Part shown: positions 42,496-53,281 of the stretch, piece after piece | Layout: each line of letters starts with the position of its first letter | Numbering within the stretch: position 1 is the stretch's first letter | DNA from: an uncultured delta proteobacterium | GTDB taxonomy: Bacteria > Desulfobacterota > Binatia > UBA9968 | Assembly: GCA_963745835.1 (NCBI GenBank) | Contig: CAVUZH010000018.1 | Coordinates: 470,441-534,440, forward strand | DNA length: 64,000 nucleotides | Direction: 5' to 3' | Made by a program: the position numbers and the translations under genes | Notes under the pieces: generated by a model | What the model was told of the DNA's origin: nothing | Seen by the model: only the letters and a program-made list of their open reading frames with translations | Database searches by the model: none

Positions 42496-43566
42496 TCAGC
42501 GCGCGGGCAGCGGACCGCCGCCGGCCATCTGCTTATAGAGCTCAACGACCTCCTTATCGCGTGGCAATTCTTTGATCGCCTGCTCCACTTCTTCGCCGCT
42601 CAGAGGCGCGGGCGGGTCGCCCATTAGCTTAGTAAATTCGACGCGAAATTCCGGATCGGCAAATGACTTGCGCATCGCCTCGCGAATGATTCGCACCGGC
42701 TCTTGGGGTGTGCCCGGAGGGAAGATGAAAGGCCAGCGCGGGTACTGGAAGGCGCGGAACATATCGAGCAGCTTCCGTTCGCGATCCGATTTGGCAAAGC
42801 TGCCGAATTCCGGCAGATTTGCAAATTTGGGGTGGTGGCGGCCCTTGGGCACCGTCAATGTTGCATGCAGGTGAATCAATTTCTTGTCGATCCACTCGGG
42901 CTTTTCTATGACAAAGCGGGCGGCGCCGGTGGCGTGGGCATCCAGCTCGCCACGCTCCATGGCGATGTAAATTTCCGGACCGGTAAAGCCGGTCACGAAC
43001 TTCGGGTCCTTCAGGCCGAGCATATACGCCACCATGCGTCCGGTGACATAGACCGGATGGCCGACGGCGTGGGCGCCGAAGCGGATACCGCTGGCCGCTT
43101 GCAGCTTCGCCAGATTATCCCAGCCGGCATCAGCCTTGGTATAGAATACGTAAGGATCGCCGGAATCGGTCGAGCCGAGATAAATAAATTTATCCAAATC
43201 GTATTGGCTGCCGGGAAGGCCCAGAATCGGCCCAACCACGAGTCCGGCACCGATGGATCCGATAGTCAACCCGTCCGGCGGTGTTGAACTATAAATCATG
43301 TTGGCGGCTTTTCTACCGGCCGCGCCCGAGACGAAAACAAGCAGCAAATTAGGATGACCGGGGATATGCTTTTCCAGCACGCGCATCAGCGCTCTGGTCT
43401 GGAACTCCCCCGAACCGCCGGGCCCGCCGCCGCGCAGGATCCTGATGGTTTTTCCTTTGTAGAAGTCGGCTTGAGCAAATGCCTGGCCCGCAGGAATGCA
43501 TAAGAAGAGTGCGATCAGCAGGGAGCGCGCCCATGCGCGAACGCCGATGCGATTATCTATTTTCAT
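42496..43566 (-). CDS. Bug/TctC-like tripartite tricarboxylate transporter binding protein
   Basis: FYKGKTIRI, KHIPGHP, PPDGLTIG, AMERGELD, PPGTP. Confidence 0.85.
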   Translation of the reverse strand: MKIDNRIGVRAWARSLLIALFLCIPAGQAFAQADFYKGKTIRILRGGGPGGSGEFQTRALMRVLEKHIPGHPNLLLVFVSGAAGRKAANMIYSSTPPDGLTIGSIGAGLVVGPILGLPGSQYDLDKFIYLGSTDSGDPYVFYTKADAGWDNLAKLQAASGIRFGAHAVGHPVYVTGRMVAYMLGLKDPKFVTGFTGPEIYIAMERGELDAHATGAARFVIEKPEWIDKKLIHLHATLTVPKGRHHPKFANLPEFGSFAKSDRERKLLDMFRAFQYPRWPFIFPPGTPQEPVRIIREAMRKSFADPEFRVEFTKLMGDPPAPLSGEEVEQAIKELPRDKEVVELYKQMAGGGPLPAR

Positions 43567-43952
43567 AGAACCTCCGCAAGACTGGAATCACGATTGTGAG
43601 TTATGCCGTTTCAGCTCTCCGGCACGGTTTTGATTCAATATATCGGGACATCCAACGGAAGTCCGTTTGCAACAATATCTCCCATGCTCAAGCTTGGCAA
43701 TTGCAGCGATGCGTTGCGTGACTCACGCAGGAGGTTATTTCAGCGATTTCATCCGCCACCCGAGGGAACCTAGAGCGCTCTTTGCGCTTTTTCTCTTGGT
43801 CACCGACAACCCGAGATTAGACCGTCATCTCTATGCCGCTGTGGCGGTATCAGCGCAGCGGCTTTGTGCCCGGCTTATCGACTGCAGAATCGCCTGGACA
43901 GGAAACTCTCGATTCGATACGTTTCCTTCAACGCCACAAGAAGGAGGTATCT

Positions 43953-44759
43953 ATGATTAACGTCGAAGGAGAGCGAATCGAAGTCGTCGATGCGCACTCT
44001 CATATGGGCGCAAGAAAAAAACTCGCCATACATCAGATCCCGCCGATTATGAAGTTCATGGCTGAGGACATGCTGCAATCGATGGACGATGCCGGGGTGG
44101 ACGGAGTCGTAACTTTTGCGATCGGTATCGGAGAGCCGTCGGATTACAGGGAGACCAACGAGTACATCGCCGGCGCAATGAAACAGCACCCGGAACGCAT
44201 TCACGGTTTCATGAGGTTGAGTCCGGGAAACGGTCCGAAGGATACCCTTAAAGTGCTGGAGGAAGGTATCAAGCTGGGCCTCAAGGGAATCAAAATTCAT
44301 CCGCTGATCGAACACTGCCCGGCAAACGACAAAGAAAAGGTCTATCCGCTGATGGAGGCGGCACAGCACCACGGGCTCACGGTCCTCTTTCACTGCGGCT
44401 TGGGCGAAGATGCCAGTCCCAAAAGGATCGGCGAAGTGGCCAAAGATTTCCCCAAGCTGCCGATCATCATGGGCCATTCGGGGCTGGTCGAAGGAGTGCG
44501 TGAGGTCGTCGAGATCGCCAAGCGCTGCGAAAACGTTCACATGGACAGCTCCGGCGTGGGCTGGCTGCCTTTCTTCTGCGAATCGATTTCGTGGGCCGGA
44601 CCCGATCGGGTCCTATACGGCTCGGATCATCCGTTTAATCCGATGGATTGGGAGATCGAGAAAATCGTCAAGCACGCGCAGAGACATTTAAAGCTCAAGA
44701 TCGAAGATCTCCGCCTGATCATGGCGGGCAATATCAAGCGGCTGCTCAAGATGAGTTAG
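43953..44759 (+). CDS. Amidohydrolase_2 family protein
   Basis: AAGGAGG RBS; VDAHSH, KGIKIHP, LFHCG, IMGHSG, YGSDHP. Confidence 0.9.
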   Translation: MINVEGERIEVVDAHSHMGARKKLAIHQIPPIMKFMAEDMLQSMDDAGVDGVVTFAIGIGEPSDYRETNEYIAGAMKQHPERIHGFMRLSPGNGPKDTLKVLEEGIKLGLKGIKIHPLIEHCPANDKEKVYPLMEAAQHHGLTVLFHCGLGEDASPKRIGEVAKDFPKLPIIMGHSGLVEGVREVVEIAKRCENVHMDSSGVGWLPFFCESISWAGPDRVLYGSDHPFNPMDWEIEKIVKHAQRHLKLKIEDLRLIMAGNIKRLLKMS

Positions 44760-45048
44760 GCCGAAAGCGGCTTGTAATATGACTTGATCTCGTGGCCCCT
44801 GTGCTGCGGGAGGATTGTGATCATATTTTGCGGTGCAACAATGCAGCAACTGCTGGGGATCAAGTTCTCCTCAGGAGGTTTTTCATCTAGTCATCGTTCA
44901 TTGTCGCAGGCAAAGCCGGCCCTGTGCGGTCACCAATTTGAACCGCGGGTTTGACTCCGGCGAAAGATCATGAAAACGCAAATCACGATGTACCCAGAAA
45001 ACTGTCATGGCGATTTGATGACAATCATGGTAACTCAATCACTCATCG

Positions 45049-46581
45049 TCACTTGATTTTCATCTCCACGCTGAGGACTCTTTCATCCGGTCTCGCCTTC
45101 CAAACGACGTTGCGGGCGACGCCATAAATTTCGGCGAGCGTATACAGAGGCACCAACGGCGCATCGTCCATCAAGATACGTCCCGCTTGTTGCAATAGCT
45201 CGACCCGCTTCTTCTGATCGCCGGTCTTTTGCTCTTCGTCGATCAATTTATCGAATTCTGGATTTTTGTATTCGACCCGCTTACTGACTCCCGAACGATA
45301 ATACTGATCGTAAACGGTATCGGCATCGATGGCCGGGCGGCCGACGTAATAAAAGGGAAGCTTTCCGCCGTTGACTCCTTCTCTACCCCAAAAGATCACG
45401 AATTCTTGTGAAACAAGCTCGGCTTTGACGCCGATTTTCGCAAGTTGATCGGCGATAACCTGGCAAACTTCACGTGCTTTGGGGTAACGGTCCGGGGAGA
45501 AATAAAGTTTGACGTCCAAACCGTTGGCAAAGCCGGCGCCGGCGAGAAGCTCCTTGGCCTTCTTCGGATCGTAAGGATAACGCTTCATCTTGGGATCGAA
45601 GCCAATCACGTTGGAGCCAAGCGGCCCATTCATGACGTAGCCGTTTCCCTCGTAGATGTGCTTAATGATCACCGTCGCATCGATCGCGTAGTTAAACGCC
45701 TGGCGCACCTGTTTATTGTCGAAGGGCTTGTGCGTGACGTTCATGGCGAGAAAGTACATCCTCACGCCTTCGGCCTTCTCGGCGCGGACTTTCGGATTGT
45801 TGGCGAAACGCGAGAGCTCTTCCACCGGCACGTTGTTGATGACATCGCCCTGTCCGGCCAATAGCCCGGCAACCCGACCGGCATCCTCTTTTACTCGCTT
45901 CAAGACGACTTCTTTGATCGCCGCCGGCGCGCGCCAGTATTGATCATTGCGCGTCATCACCAGATTGCCGTCGCGCTGCCAACTGACGAACTTGTACGGC
46001 CCGGTACCCAGCGGGTACTGATCCGCCTGGTCGCCGTGCTTGTCCGCCGCCGCTTTGCTGATCATGAAGCGATTGTCCAAACGGTCGAGAAAGACCGCAT
46101 TAGGTATTTCGGTGGTAAAGACCACCGTGTGATCATCCGGCGCTTGCATTTCCGTCAGGTCTCTAAAATTTTCCTTTTGCAGGCTCTGTTTATCGTTTTT
46201 GATCCGGTTGATCGAATGAATGACGTCCTTCGCCGTAAACGGCGTGCCGTCGTGAAAACGAACTCCCGTGCGCAAGCGAAACACCCATCGGTTACCTTGA
46301 AATTCCCATGATTCGGCGAGCACGCCGCGGTATTGTTTCTTGGCGTAGTCGACTTCCACCAGAGGCTCGATCATGTGCAGCCAAATGCCGTACTGCGGAC
46401 CCGATGTGTAGGCATAGGGATGAAGGGTATCCAGGCCGACGCTACTCAAGAGAGTTATTCGCTCTTTTGTCGCCGCGAAACTCACCTTTAGCAGAGAGTC
46501 TCCGATCAATGCGGCTAATCCGCCCAGAGCTCCCTGCTTCAGAAAATCTCGCCGAGTGGGTTCTTTTGATCGCGAATTCAT
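45049..46581 (-). CDS. Family-5 (DppA-like) ABC binding protein, Tat signal, paralog 4
   Basis: TRRDFLK; LAESW..FRLRTGVRFHDG; GTGPYKF. Confidence 0.93.
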   Translation of the reverse strand: MNSRSKEPTRRDFLKQGALGGLAALIGDSLLKVSFAATKERITLLSSVGLDTLHPYAYTSGPQYGIWLHMIEPLVEVDYAKKQYRGVLAESWEFQGNRWVFRLRTGVRFHDGTPFTAKDVIHSINRIKNDKQSLQKENFRDLTEMQAPDDHTVVFTTEIPNAVFLDRLDNRFMISKAAADKHGDQADQYPLGTGPYKFVSWQRDGNLVMTRNDQYWRAPAAIKEVVLKRVKEDAGRVAGLLAGQGDVINNVPVEELSRFANNPKVRAEKAEGVRMYFLAMNVTHKPFDNKQVRQAFNYAIDATVIIKHIYEGNGYVMNGPLGSNVIGFDPKMKRYPYDPKKAKELLAGAGFANGLDVKLYFSPDRYPKAREVCQVIADQLAKIGVKAELVSQEFVIFWGREGVNGGKLPFYYVGRPAIDADTVYDQYYRSGVSKRVEYKNPEFDKLIDEEQKTGDQKKRVELLQQAGRILMDDAPLVPLYTLAEIYGVARNVVWKARPDERVLSVEMKIK

Positions 46582-46634
46582 TACAACCCTTTCCAGTTAA
46601 CACCCGTGGCGCTGCCGAGAAAGATTTCGTCGCG

Positions 46635-48167
46635 TCACTTGATTTTCATCTCAGCGTAAAGAATCTTTTCGTCCGGCCGCGCTTTCCACACGATGTTGCG
46701 CGCGGCTCCATAGATTTCCGCCAACGTGTACAACGGCACCAACGGCGCGTCCTCCATCAAGATACGCCCCGCCTGTTGTAACAGCGCGACCCGCTTTTTC
46801 GGATCGCCGGTCTTCTGCTCCTCGTCGATGAGCTTGTCAAATTCAGGATTCTTGTACTGAATCCGTGGACTGACGCCGGAACGAAAATACTGATCGTAAA
46901 CGGTATCGGCATCCGCGGCGGGCCGCCCGACGTAATAAAACGGCAGCTTCCCTCCATTGACTCCTTCCTTGCCCCAAAAGATAACGAACTCTTGAGACAC
47001 CAGCTCGGCCCTGACACCGGCTTTAGCGAGCTGATCGGCTATGACCTGGCACACTTCCCGCGCCTTGGGATAACGGTCCGGTGAAAAATAGAGCTTCACT
47101 TCCAAACCATCGCCGTGGCCTGCCGCCGATAAAAGTTCCTTGGCCTTCTTCGGATCATAGGGATAACGCTTCATCTTGGGATCGAAGCCGATCACGTTGG
47201 AGCCCAGAGGTCCGTTCATCAGATAACCGTTGCCCTCATAGATGTGTTTGATAATCGCTCTGGGATCGATCGCATAGTTGAACGCTTGCCGCACCTGCTT
47301 GTTGTCGAACGGCTTGTGCGTCACATTCATCGCGAGAAAATACATTCTCACGCCTTCGACCTTCTCGGCCCGTACTCGAGGATTGTTTTCAAATCGGGAG
47401 AGCTCTTCCACCGGAACATTGTTGATGACGTCGCCCTGGCCGGAGAGCAGGCCGGCAACCCGTCCCGAGTCTTCCTTGACTCTGCGCAAGACGATTTCTT
47501 TGACCGCGACCTTGGTGCGCCAGTAATTATCGTTTCGGGTCATGACCAAATTGCCGTCCCGTTGCCAGCTGACGAACTTGTAAGGTCCGGTGCCGATTGG
47601 CGTTTGATCGGCTTGGTCTCCTTTGGCATCGGCCACCGCTTTGCTGATGATGAAGCGATTCTGCAGTCGATCTAAGAAGACGGCATTGGGGATCTCGGTG
47701 GTGAAAACCACCGTAAGATCGTCGGGCGCTTGCATCTCGGTGACATCTCGAAAATTTTCCTTCTGCAAACTCTGCTTATCGTTCTTGATCCGATTGATCG
47801 AATGAATCACATCTTTGGCGCTGAAGGGAGTGCCGTCATGAAAACGCACGTCCTTGCGCAATCGGAAAATCCACTTCTGGCCCTGGAATTCCCATGACTC
47901 GGCGAGCACGCCGTAGTACTCTTTTTTTCCGTAGTCCACTTCCACCAGCGGCTCGATCATGTTGTGCCAAATGCCGTATTGGGGACTCGAACTGTGGGCG
48001 TACGGATGCAGCGAATCCAAACCGATGCTGCTAAGCGCGGTCACCCGATCTCTGGAAGCGGCGTAACTCACTTTGATCAACGAACCGCCCAGCGCCGCGC
48101 CCAAGCCGGCCAGCACCCCTGTTTTGAGAAAATCCCTGCGCTTGATGCCCTTAACGTTTGAACTCAT
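46635..48167 (-). CDS. Family-5 (DppA-like) ABC binding protein, Tat signal, paralog 3
   Basis: KRRDFLK; same family-5 motifs. Confidence 0.93.
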   Translation of the reverse strand: MSSNVKGIKRRDFLKTGVLAGLGAALGGSLIKVSYAASRDRVTALSSIGLDSLHPYAHSSSPQYGIWHNMIEPLVEVDYGKKEYYGVLAESWEFQGQKWIFRLRKDVRFHDGTPFSAKDVIHSINRIKNDKQSLQKENFRDVTEMQAPDDLTVVFTTEIPNAVFLDRLQNRFIISKAVADAKGDQADQTPIGTGPYKFVSWQRDGNLVMTRNDNYWRTKVAVKEIVLRRVKEDSGRVAGLLSGQGDVINNVPVEELSRFENNPRVRAEKVEGVRMYFLAMNVTHKPFDNKQVRQAFNYAIDPRAIIKHIYEGNGYLMNGPLGSNVIGFDPKMKRYPYDPKKAKELLSAAGHGDGLEVKLYFSPDRYPKAREVCQVIADQLAKAGVRAELVSQEFVIFWGKEGVNGGKLPFYYVGRPAADADTVYDQYFRSGVSPRIQYKNPEFDKLIDEEQKTGDPKKRVALLQQAGRILMEDAPLVPLYTLAEIYGAARNIVWKARPDEKILYAEMKIK

Positions 48168-48222
48168 TCAATTCCTCCAGTTAGCAGTTGTGATGTTTAC
48201 CAGCGTTGCCTAGTTGATTTTT

Positions 48223-49755
48223 TCAGCGAATTTTCATATCGAAGGCCAAAACTTTTTCCTCCGGATGCGCCTTCCAAATCACGTTGCGTGCGACACCGTA
48301 TATTTCCGCCAACGTGTATAGCGGCACCAGGGCGGCCTCTTCCATTAGAACGCGACCTATTTGCTGCAGCAGCGCGACCCGCTTTTTTTGATCGCCGGTC
48401 TGGTGCTGCTCGTCGATCAGCCGGTCGACCTCCGCGTTTTGAAAGCCGACCCGCTTGGTTCTGCCGGATCGGTAATATTGATCGTAAACCGTATCCGCAT
48501 CGATGGCCGGCCGCCCCACGTAGTAAAAAGGAATTTTGCCGCCGTTGACTCCGTCCGATCCCCAGAAGATCGCGAATTCTTGTGAGACGAGCTCGGTCTT
48601 CACACCTGCCCTGGCTAACTGATCGGCGATGACCTGGCAAACTTCTTTCGCTTTAGGATAACGGTCCGGCGAAAAATGGAGCTTGATCTCCAAACCATTG
48701 GCGAAGCCTGCTTCAGTGAGTAGCTCCTTGGCCCTTTTCGGATCGTAGGGATAGCGCTTGACCTTGGGATCGTAACCGATCACGTTGGCGCCGAGCGGTC
48801 CGCTCATCACGTAACCGTTGCCTTCATAGATATGTTTGATCACGGCGTTCGGGTCGACGGCATAGTTGAACGCTTGGCGCACGAGCTTGTTGTCAAAGGG
48901 CTTGTGCGTGACGTTCATCGCCAAAAAATACATTCTGAGCCCTTCGACTTTTTCCGCGCGCACCCGCGGATGTTTGTCCAAGCGGGCGATATCTTCCACC
49001 GGAACATTGTTGACGACATCACCTTGTCCGGCCAGCAGCCCCGCGATCCTCCCGGCATCCTCGCCAACTTTTTTCAGGACGATTTCTTTGATAGCGGCCT
49101 TGGAGCCCCAGTAGTCGTCGTTACGTGTCATGACAAGATTGCCGTCGCGCTGCCAACTGACGAATTTGTAAGGCCCGGTGCCGATCGCATGTTGATCGAC
49201 TTGATCGCCGTATTTTTCCGCGGCGATCTTACTGACGATAAAGCGGTTCTGTAATCGATCGAGAAGAACCGCGTTGGGCTGCGCCGTGGTGAAAACGACG
49301 GTGTGATCGTCGAGGGCTTTAATTTCCGTCAAGTCGTCGAAGTTCGACTTTTGCAGGCTCCTCTTGTCATTCTTGATGCGATTGACGGAGTGGATCACGT
49401 CTTGAGCGGTAAAGGGCGAGCCGTCGTGAAAACGAATTCCTTTCCTGAGCCGAAACACCCAACTGTTGCCTTCGAATTTCCATGACTCAGCGAGCACGCC
49501 ATAGTAATCTTTTTTCCCGTAGTCTACTTCCACCAGCGGCTCGATCATGTGCTGCCAGATGCCATACTGTGGCCCGGAGCTATGCGCATAGGGGTGAAGG
49601 GCGTCCAAACCAATGCTGCTCAGAATCATCAGCCGTTCTCTGGACGCTGACGAAACGAGCCGCGGCCAAGCGCTGCTGGCGAGAACGCCTAGACCGGTGA
49701 CGGCGCTTCTCTTGAGAAACGTTCTTCGTTTCATCCCCGGTTCGTTCGAACGCAT
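48223..49755 (-). CDS. Family-5 (DppA-like) ABC binding protein, Tat signal, paralog 2
   Basis: KRRTFLK; same family-5 motifs. Confidence 0.93.
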   Translation of the reverse strand: MRSNEPGMKRRTFLKRSAVTGLGVLASSAWPRLVSSASRERLMILSSIGLDALHPYAHSSGPQYGIWQHMIEPLVEVDYGKKDYYGVLAESWKFEGNSWVFRLRKGIRFHDGSPFTAQDVIHSVNRIKNDKRSLQKSNFDDLTEIKALDDHTVVFTTAQPNAVLLDRLQNRFIVSKIAAEKYGDQVDQHAIGTGPYKFVSWQRDGNLVMTRNDDYWGSKAAIKEIVLKKVGEDAGRIAGLLAGQGDVVNNVPVEDIARLDKHPRVRAEKVEGLRMYFLAMNVTHKPFDNKLVRQAFNYAVDPNAVIKHIYEGNGYVMSGPLGANVIGYDPKVKRYPYDPKRAKELLTEAGFANGLEIKLHFSPDRYPKAKEVCQVIADQLARAGVKTELVSQEFAIFWGSDGVNGGKIPFYYVGRPAIDADTVYDQYYRSGRTKRVGFQNAEVDRLIDEQHQTGDQKKRVALLQQIGRVLMEEAALVPLYTLAEIYGVARNVIWKAHPEEKVLAFDMKIR

Positions 49756-49826
49756 GGTGCCCTCCCGTTTGGCCTCACTTGGCAGATCGGCAACGAGCGC
49801 GATCAGAGTTTCAATGTTGGGAAGGC

Positions 49827-51367
49827 TTACTTGATCTTCATATCCCAGCCGAGAACTTTTTCATCCGGCCGCATTTTCCACACGACATTTCTAGCGACAC
49901 CATAGATGTCGGCTAAATTGTAGAGCGGTACCATGGGAGCTTCTTCCATGATGATCTTCCCGGCCTGCTGCAACAGCGCGATCCGTTTTTTCTGATCCGC
50001 TGTCTTTTGCTGTTCTACGATGATCTTGTCCAGTTCCGGATTGCTGTAATTTGTGCGTTTAGTCGTACCGGTTCGGAAGTACTGATCGTAAAGCGTATCG
50101 GCATCTGTCAGCGAGCCGCGGCCGATGTAATAGAACGGCAACCTGCCGCCGTTGACCCCCGTCTTGTCCCAAAAAAGCGCCCACTCTTGCGAGATCAACT
50201 CGACTCTGAAACCGCCCTTCACCATCTGCGCCGCGACCACCTGACAAACTTCGCGGTCTTTGGGATAACGCCCAGGCGAGTAATAGAGCTGAACATCGCA
50301 GCCGTCCTTATATCCCGCTTGCGGCAAGAAGCTCTCGTGCTTTCTTAGGATCGTACGGATAACGCTTGTGTTTCGGATCGGCGCCGATGACATTGGACCC
50401 GACCGGCCCATTGAGCGGGTAGCCGATGCCGTCGAAAATATTCTTGACGATGGCCGGCGCATCGACGGAATAGTTGACGGCCTGGCGAACCAGTTTGTTG
50501 TCGAACGGCTTATGCGCGACATTCATCGCCAACAAAAACATTCTCAAGCCTTCTAACTTGTCGATTCTTTACGCGGGGGTGTTTTTGGAAGCGGGCAACC
50601 TCATGCACCGGCACATTATTGATGAAGTCCGCCTGACCGGATTCCAACGCCGCTAATCGCGCCGCTTCTTCCGTCACTTTGCGAAAAACTACTTCTTTGA
50701 TCGCTGCCTTGCCTCCCCAGTAATCGTCATTGCGGGTAAACACCATGTTGCCGCCGCGTTGATAGCTGACGAATTTATAAGGACCCGTGCCGATCGGGTT
50801 TTGATAGAGCTGATCGCCGAACTTATCCCCGGCGACTTTGCTGAGAATGAAACGGTTTTCCAAGCGATCCAAGAAAATCGCCAATGGTTGTTTGGTCACG
50901 AACACGACGGTCTGATCGTCCGGCGTCTGCACCTCTGTGACATCCTTGAAGTTGGGCGCTTGCAAGCTGCCGCCCTTCTCATCTCGCATCCGCTCAATCG
51001 AGAACGCCACATCCTTGGAGGTCAATGGAGCGCCATTATGAAATTTGACGCCTTGCCGCAGTTTAAAAACCCATTGCTTGCCCTGGAACTCCCATGACTC
51101 GGCGAGGACACCGACGTAATCTTTCTTATCGTAGTCCAGTTCCACCAGCGGCTCGATGACATGTTGCCAATTGCCGTAAATCGGACTGGAGCTATGATTA
51201 TAAGGATGAATCGAATCGGCGACGCTGCTGTGATAGATCACGACGCGGTCTCGTGAGGCCGCCGACGCGCGACGCAACAATCCTGGCCATACCGCTGCCC
51301 CGACACCCAAGGCGGCGCTCTTCTTCAAAAACTTTCTACGGCTGACATCGGTTTTTTTACTAGCCAT
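49827..51367 (-). pseudogene. Family-5 ABC binding protein paralog 1 with two +1 frameshifts (~50569, ~50322); pseudogene or assembly error
   Basis: SRRKFLK; ORFs 50510-51367, 50308-50547 and 49827-50522 tile a full-length paralog. Confidence 0.8.
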
Positions 51368-51393
51368 TCGATCCTCCTAGATCCGGACTGTTG

Positions 51394-52233
51394 TTATCTC
51401 TGTCTGCGCAATTTCGGGTCGAAGATATCTCTCAAGCCGTCTCCTAAAAGATTGATTCCAAATACCGTGATAAAAATGGCCAGGCCCGGGAAAATCGTCA
51501 GCCATGGAGCGCGATTGATATAACTCCTGCCCTCGCTCAGCATCGAGCCCCAGGTTGGAATATGCGCCGGCACGCCGAGTCCGAGAAAGCTCAAACTCGC
51601 TTCGGAGATGATAACGATTGCCATGGCGAAGGTTGCGATCACGGTAATGCTGGCGACCGTGTTCGGCACCACATGGCGGAGCAGAACATAACCGTCTCGA
51701 CCGCCCAAGGCCTTAACCGCCGTGACAAAATCACGTTCCTTCAACGACAACACCTCGCCGCGCACGACGCGGCAGTATTGGACCCAGCGGCTAAGCATGA
51801 GCGCCATGATGAGGTTGACGACGCCCTGTCCCAGGAAGGCCATGATCGCTATGGCGATTAGCAGAAATGGAAAGGCGAGAAAAATTTCGGAGATTTTGCT
51901 GACGATATCGTCGGCAATTTTTCCGAAGTAACCCGCGACCGCTCCCAAGGTACAACCGATCAAACCCGCAAAGATGACGGTTGCGGCGCCGACCAATAAG
52001 GAAATGCGAGACCCATAGATGATCCGGCTCAGGATATCCCGGCCGAGATTGTCTGTCCCCAACAAATAGGCCGGCGAACCGTTCTCGGCCCAGCGCGGCG
52101 GCCGCAACCGATCTTCGAGCGTTTGCGCCTGTGGATCATGCGGCGCCAACAGAGGTGAGGCGACACCGCAAACGAAGAGGGCCGCCAAAATAATGCCGCC
52201 GACCCAGATTTTCAAGTGCTTTAAGCCGATCAT
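51394..52233 (-). CDS. DppC/OppC-type ABC permease
   Basis: LLGTDNLGRDILSRIIYGSRISL, EASLSFLGLG, NLLGDGLRD. Confidence 0.95.
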   Translation of the reverse strand: MIGLKHLKIWVGGIILAALFVCGVASPLLAPHDPQAQTLEDRLRPPRWAENGSPAYLLGTDNLGRDILSRIIYGSRISLLVGAATVIFAGLIGCTLGAVAGYFGKIADDIVSKISEIFLAFPFLLIAIAIMAFLGQGVVNLIMALMLSRWVQYCRVVRGEVLSLKERDFVTAVKALGGRDGYVLLRHVVPNTVASITVIATFAMAIVIISEASLSFLGLGVPAHIPTWGSMLSEGRSYINRAPWLTIFPGLAIFITVFGINLLGDGLRDIFDPKLRRQR

Positions 52234-53231
52234 CAGAATTTTATCCTTGGATCGATCCAGCTATAAAGAAAATCGGTCAGTAAGTTCACCACGAAGTAAA
52301 TAATCGCGAAGAACAAAATCAGCACCTGCGTTAGCTTGTAGTCTCGGGCTGAGATCGATTGGATTAACAATTCGCCAATGCCGGGATATGAGAACACGGT
52401 TTCGGTGATCACAGAACCATTTAGCAGAGCGCCTAGCTGGAGACCGAGAATGGTCACAATCGTGATCATCGCGTTGCGCAATATGTGCCGCCAGATGACC
52501 GCTTTTTCACTCAACCCCTTGGCCCGTGCGGTGGTAATAAAATCCTGCCGCATTACTTCGAGGACGCTGGAACGCGAGATGCGAGTAACAATCGCGGCCA
52601 GGCTCGTGCCCAGGGTAAAGGCCGGCATCAGCAAGTGCTGGAGCGCGCTCCAAAACGCGGTAAAATTTCCGGTGATCAGGCTGTCTATTAGATAGAGATG
52701 GGTGATCGGCTTCACCTCGATGCCATACTCAATCCGTCCGGCGACGGGCAACAGATTGAGTTGTCCCCCCAGAAAATAGATCAGCATAATTCCAAGCCAG
52801 AAATTGGGTAATGAAACGCCGATAAGCGCAACGCTCATCCCGGCATGATCAAAAAGCGAGTTGTGTTTGATAGCGGAGTAAACGCCCAGGGGTACGGCGA
52901 TAATGATGGCGACGACCAAACTGATAAAAGCAAGCTCTATCGTGGCCGGTAGCCGCTCAAAAACCAACTTCATCACAGGTTCGTTAAACTTGAGCGATCT
53001 GCCGAAGTCGCCCCGAACCGCGCGCGACAAAAAATCCCAGTACTGCACCAGGAGCGGCTGGTCGAGGCCTAACTCGCGACGGGTCTGTTCGATATCCGCC
53101 GGCGTGGCATCGTCGCCGAGGAGCAACGATACCGGATCTCCAGGAGCGATATGCATGAGCATAAAAACCAGAAACGAAATACCCAGTAAGACCGGTATCG
53201 CACCGAGTATTCTGCGGCTCAGAGTGTTCAT
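52233..53231 (-). CDS. DppB/OppB-type ABC permease
   Basis: PGDPV, LGLDQP, GDFGRS, TARAKGL, ITETVFSYPGIG, IDPRI. Confidence 0.95.
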   Translation of the reverse strand: MNTLSRRILGAIPVLLGISFLVFMLMHIAPGDPVSLLLGDDATPADIEQTRRELGLDQPLLVQYWDFLSRAVRGDFGRSLKFNEPVMKLVFERLPATIELAFISLVVAIIIAVPLGVYSAIKHNSLFDHAGMSVALIGVSLPNFWLGIMLIYFLGGQLNLLPVAGRIEYGIEVKPITHLYLIDSLITGNFTAFWSALQHLLMPAFTLGTSLAAIVTRISRSSVLEVMRQDFITTARAKGLSEKAVIWRHILRNAMITIVTILGLQLGALLNGSVITETVFSYPGIGELLIQSISARDYKLTQVLILFFAIIYFVVNLLTDFLYSWIDPRIKF

Positions 53232-53281
53232 TCTTTTAGAACATTGAGAACCAGGACGTTCGGGAATTCACCGGCAGACGA

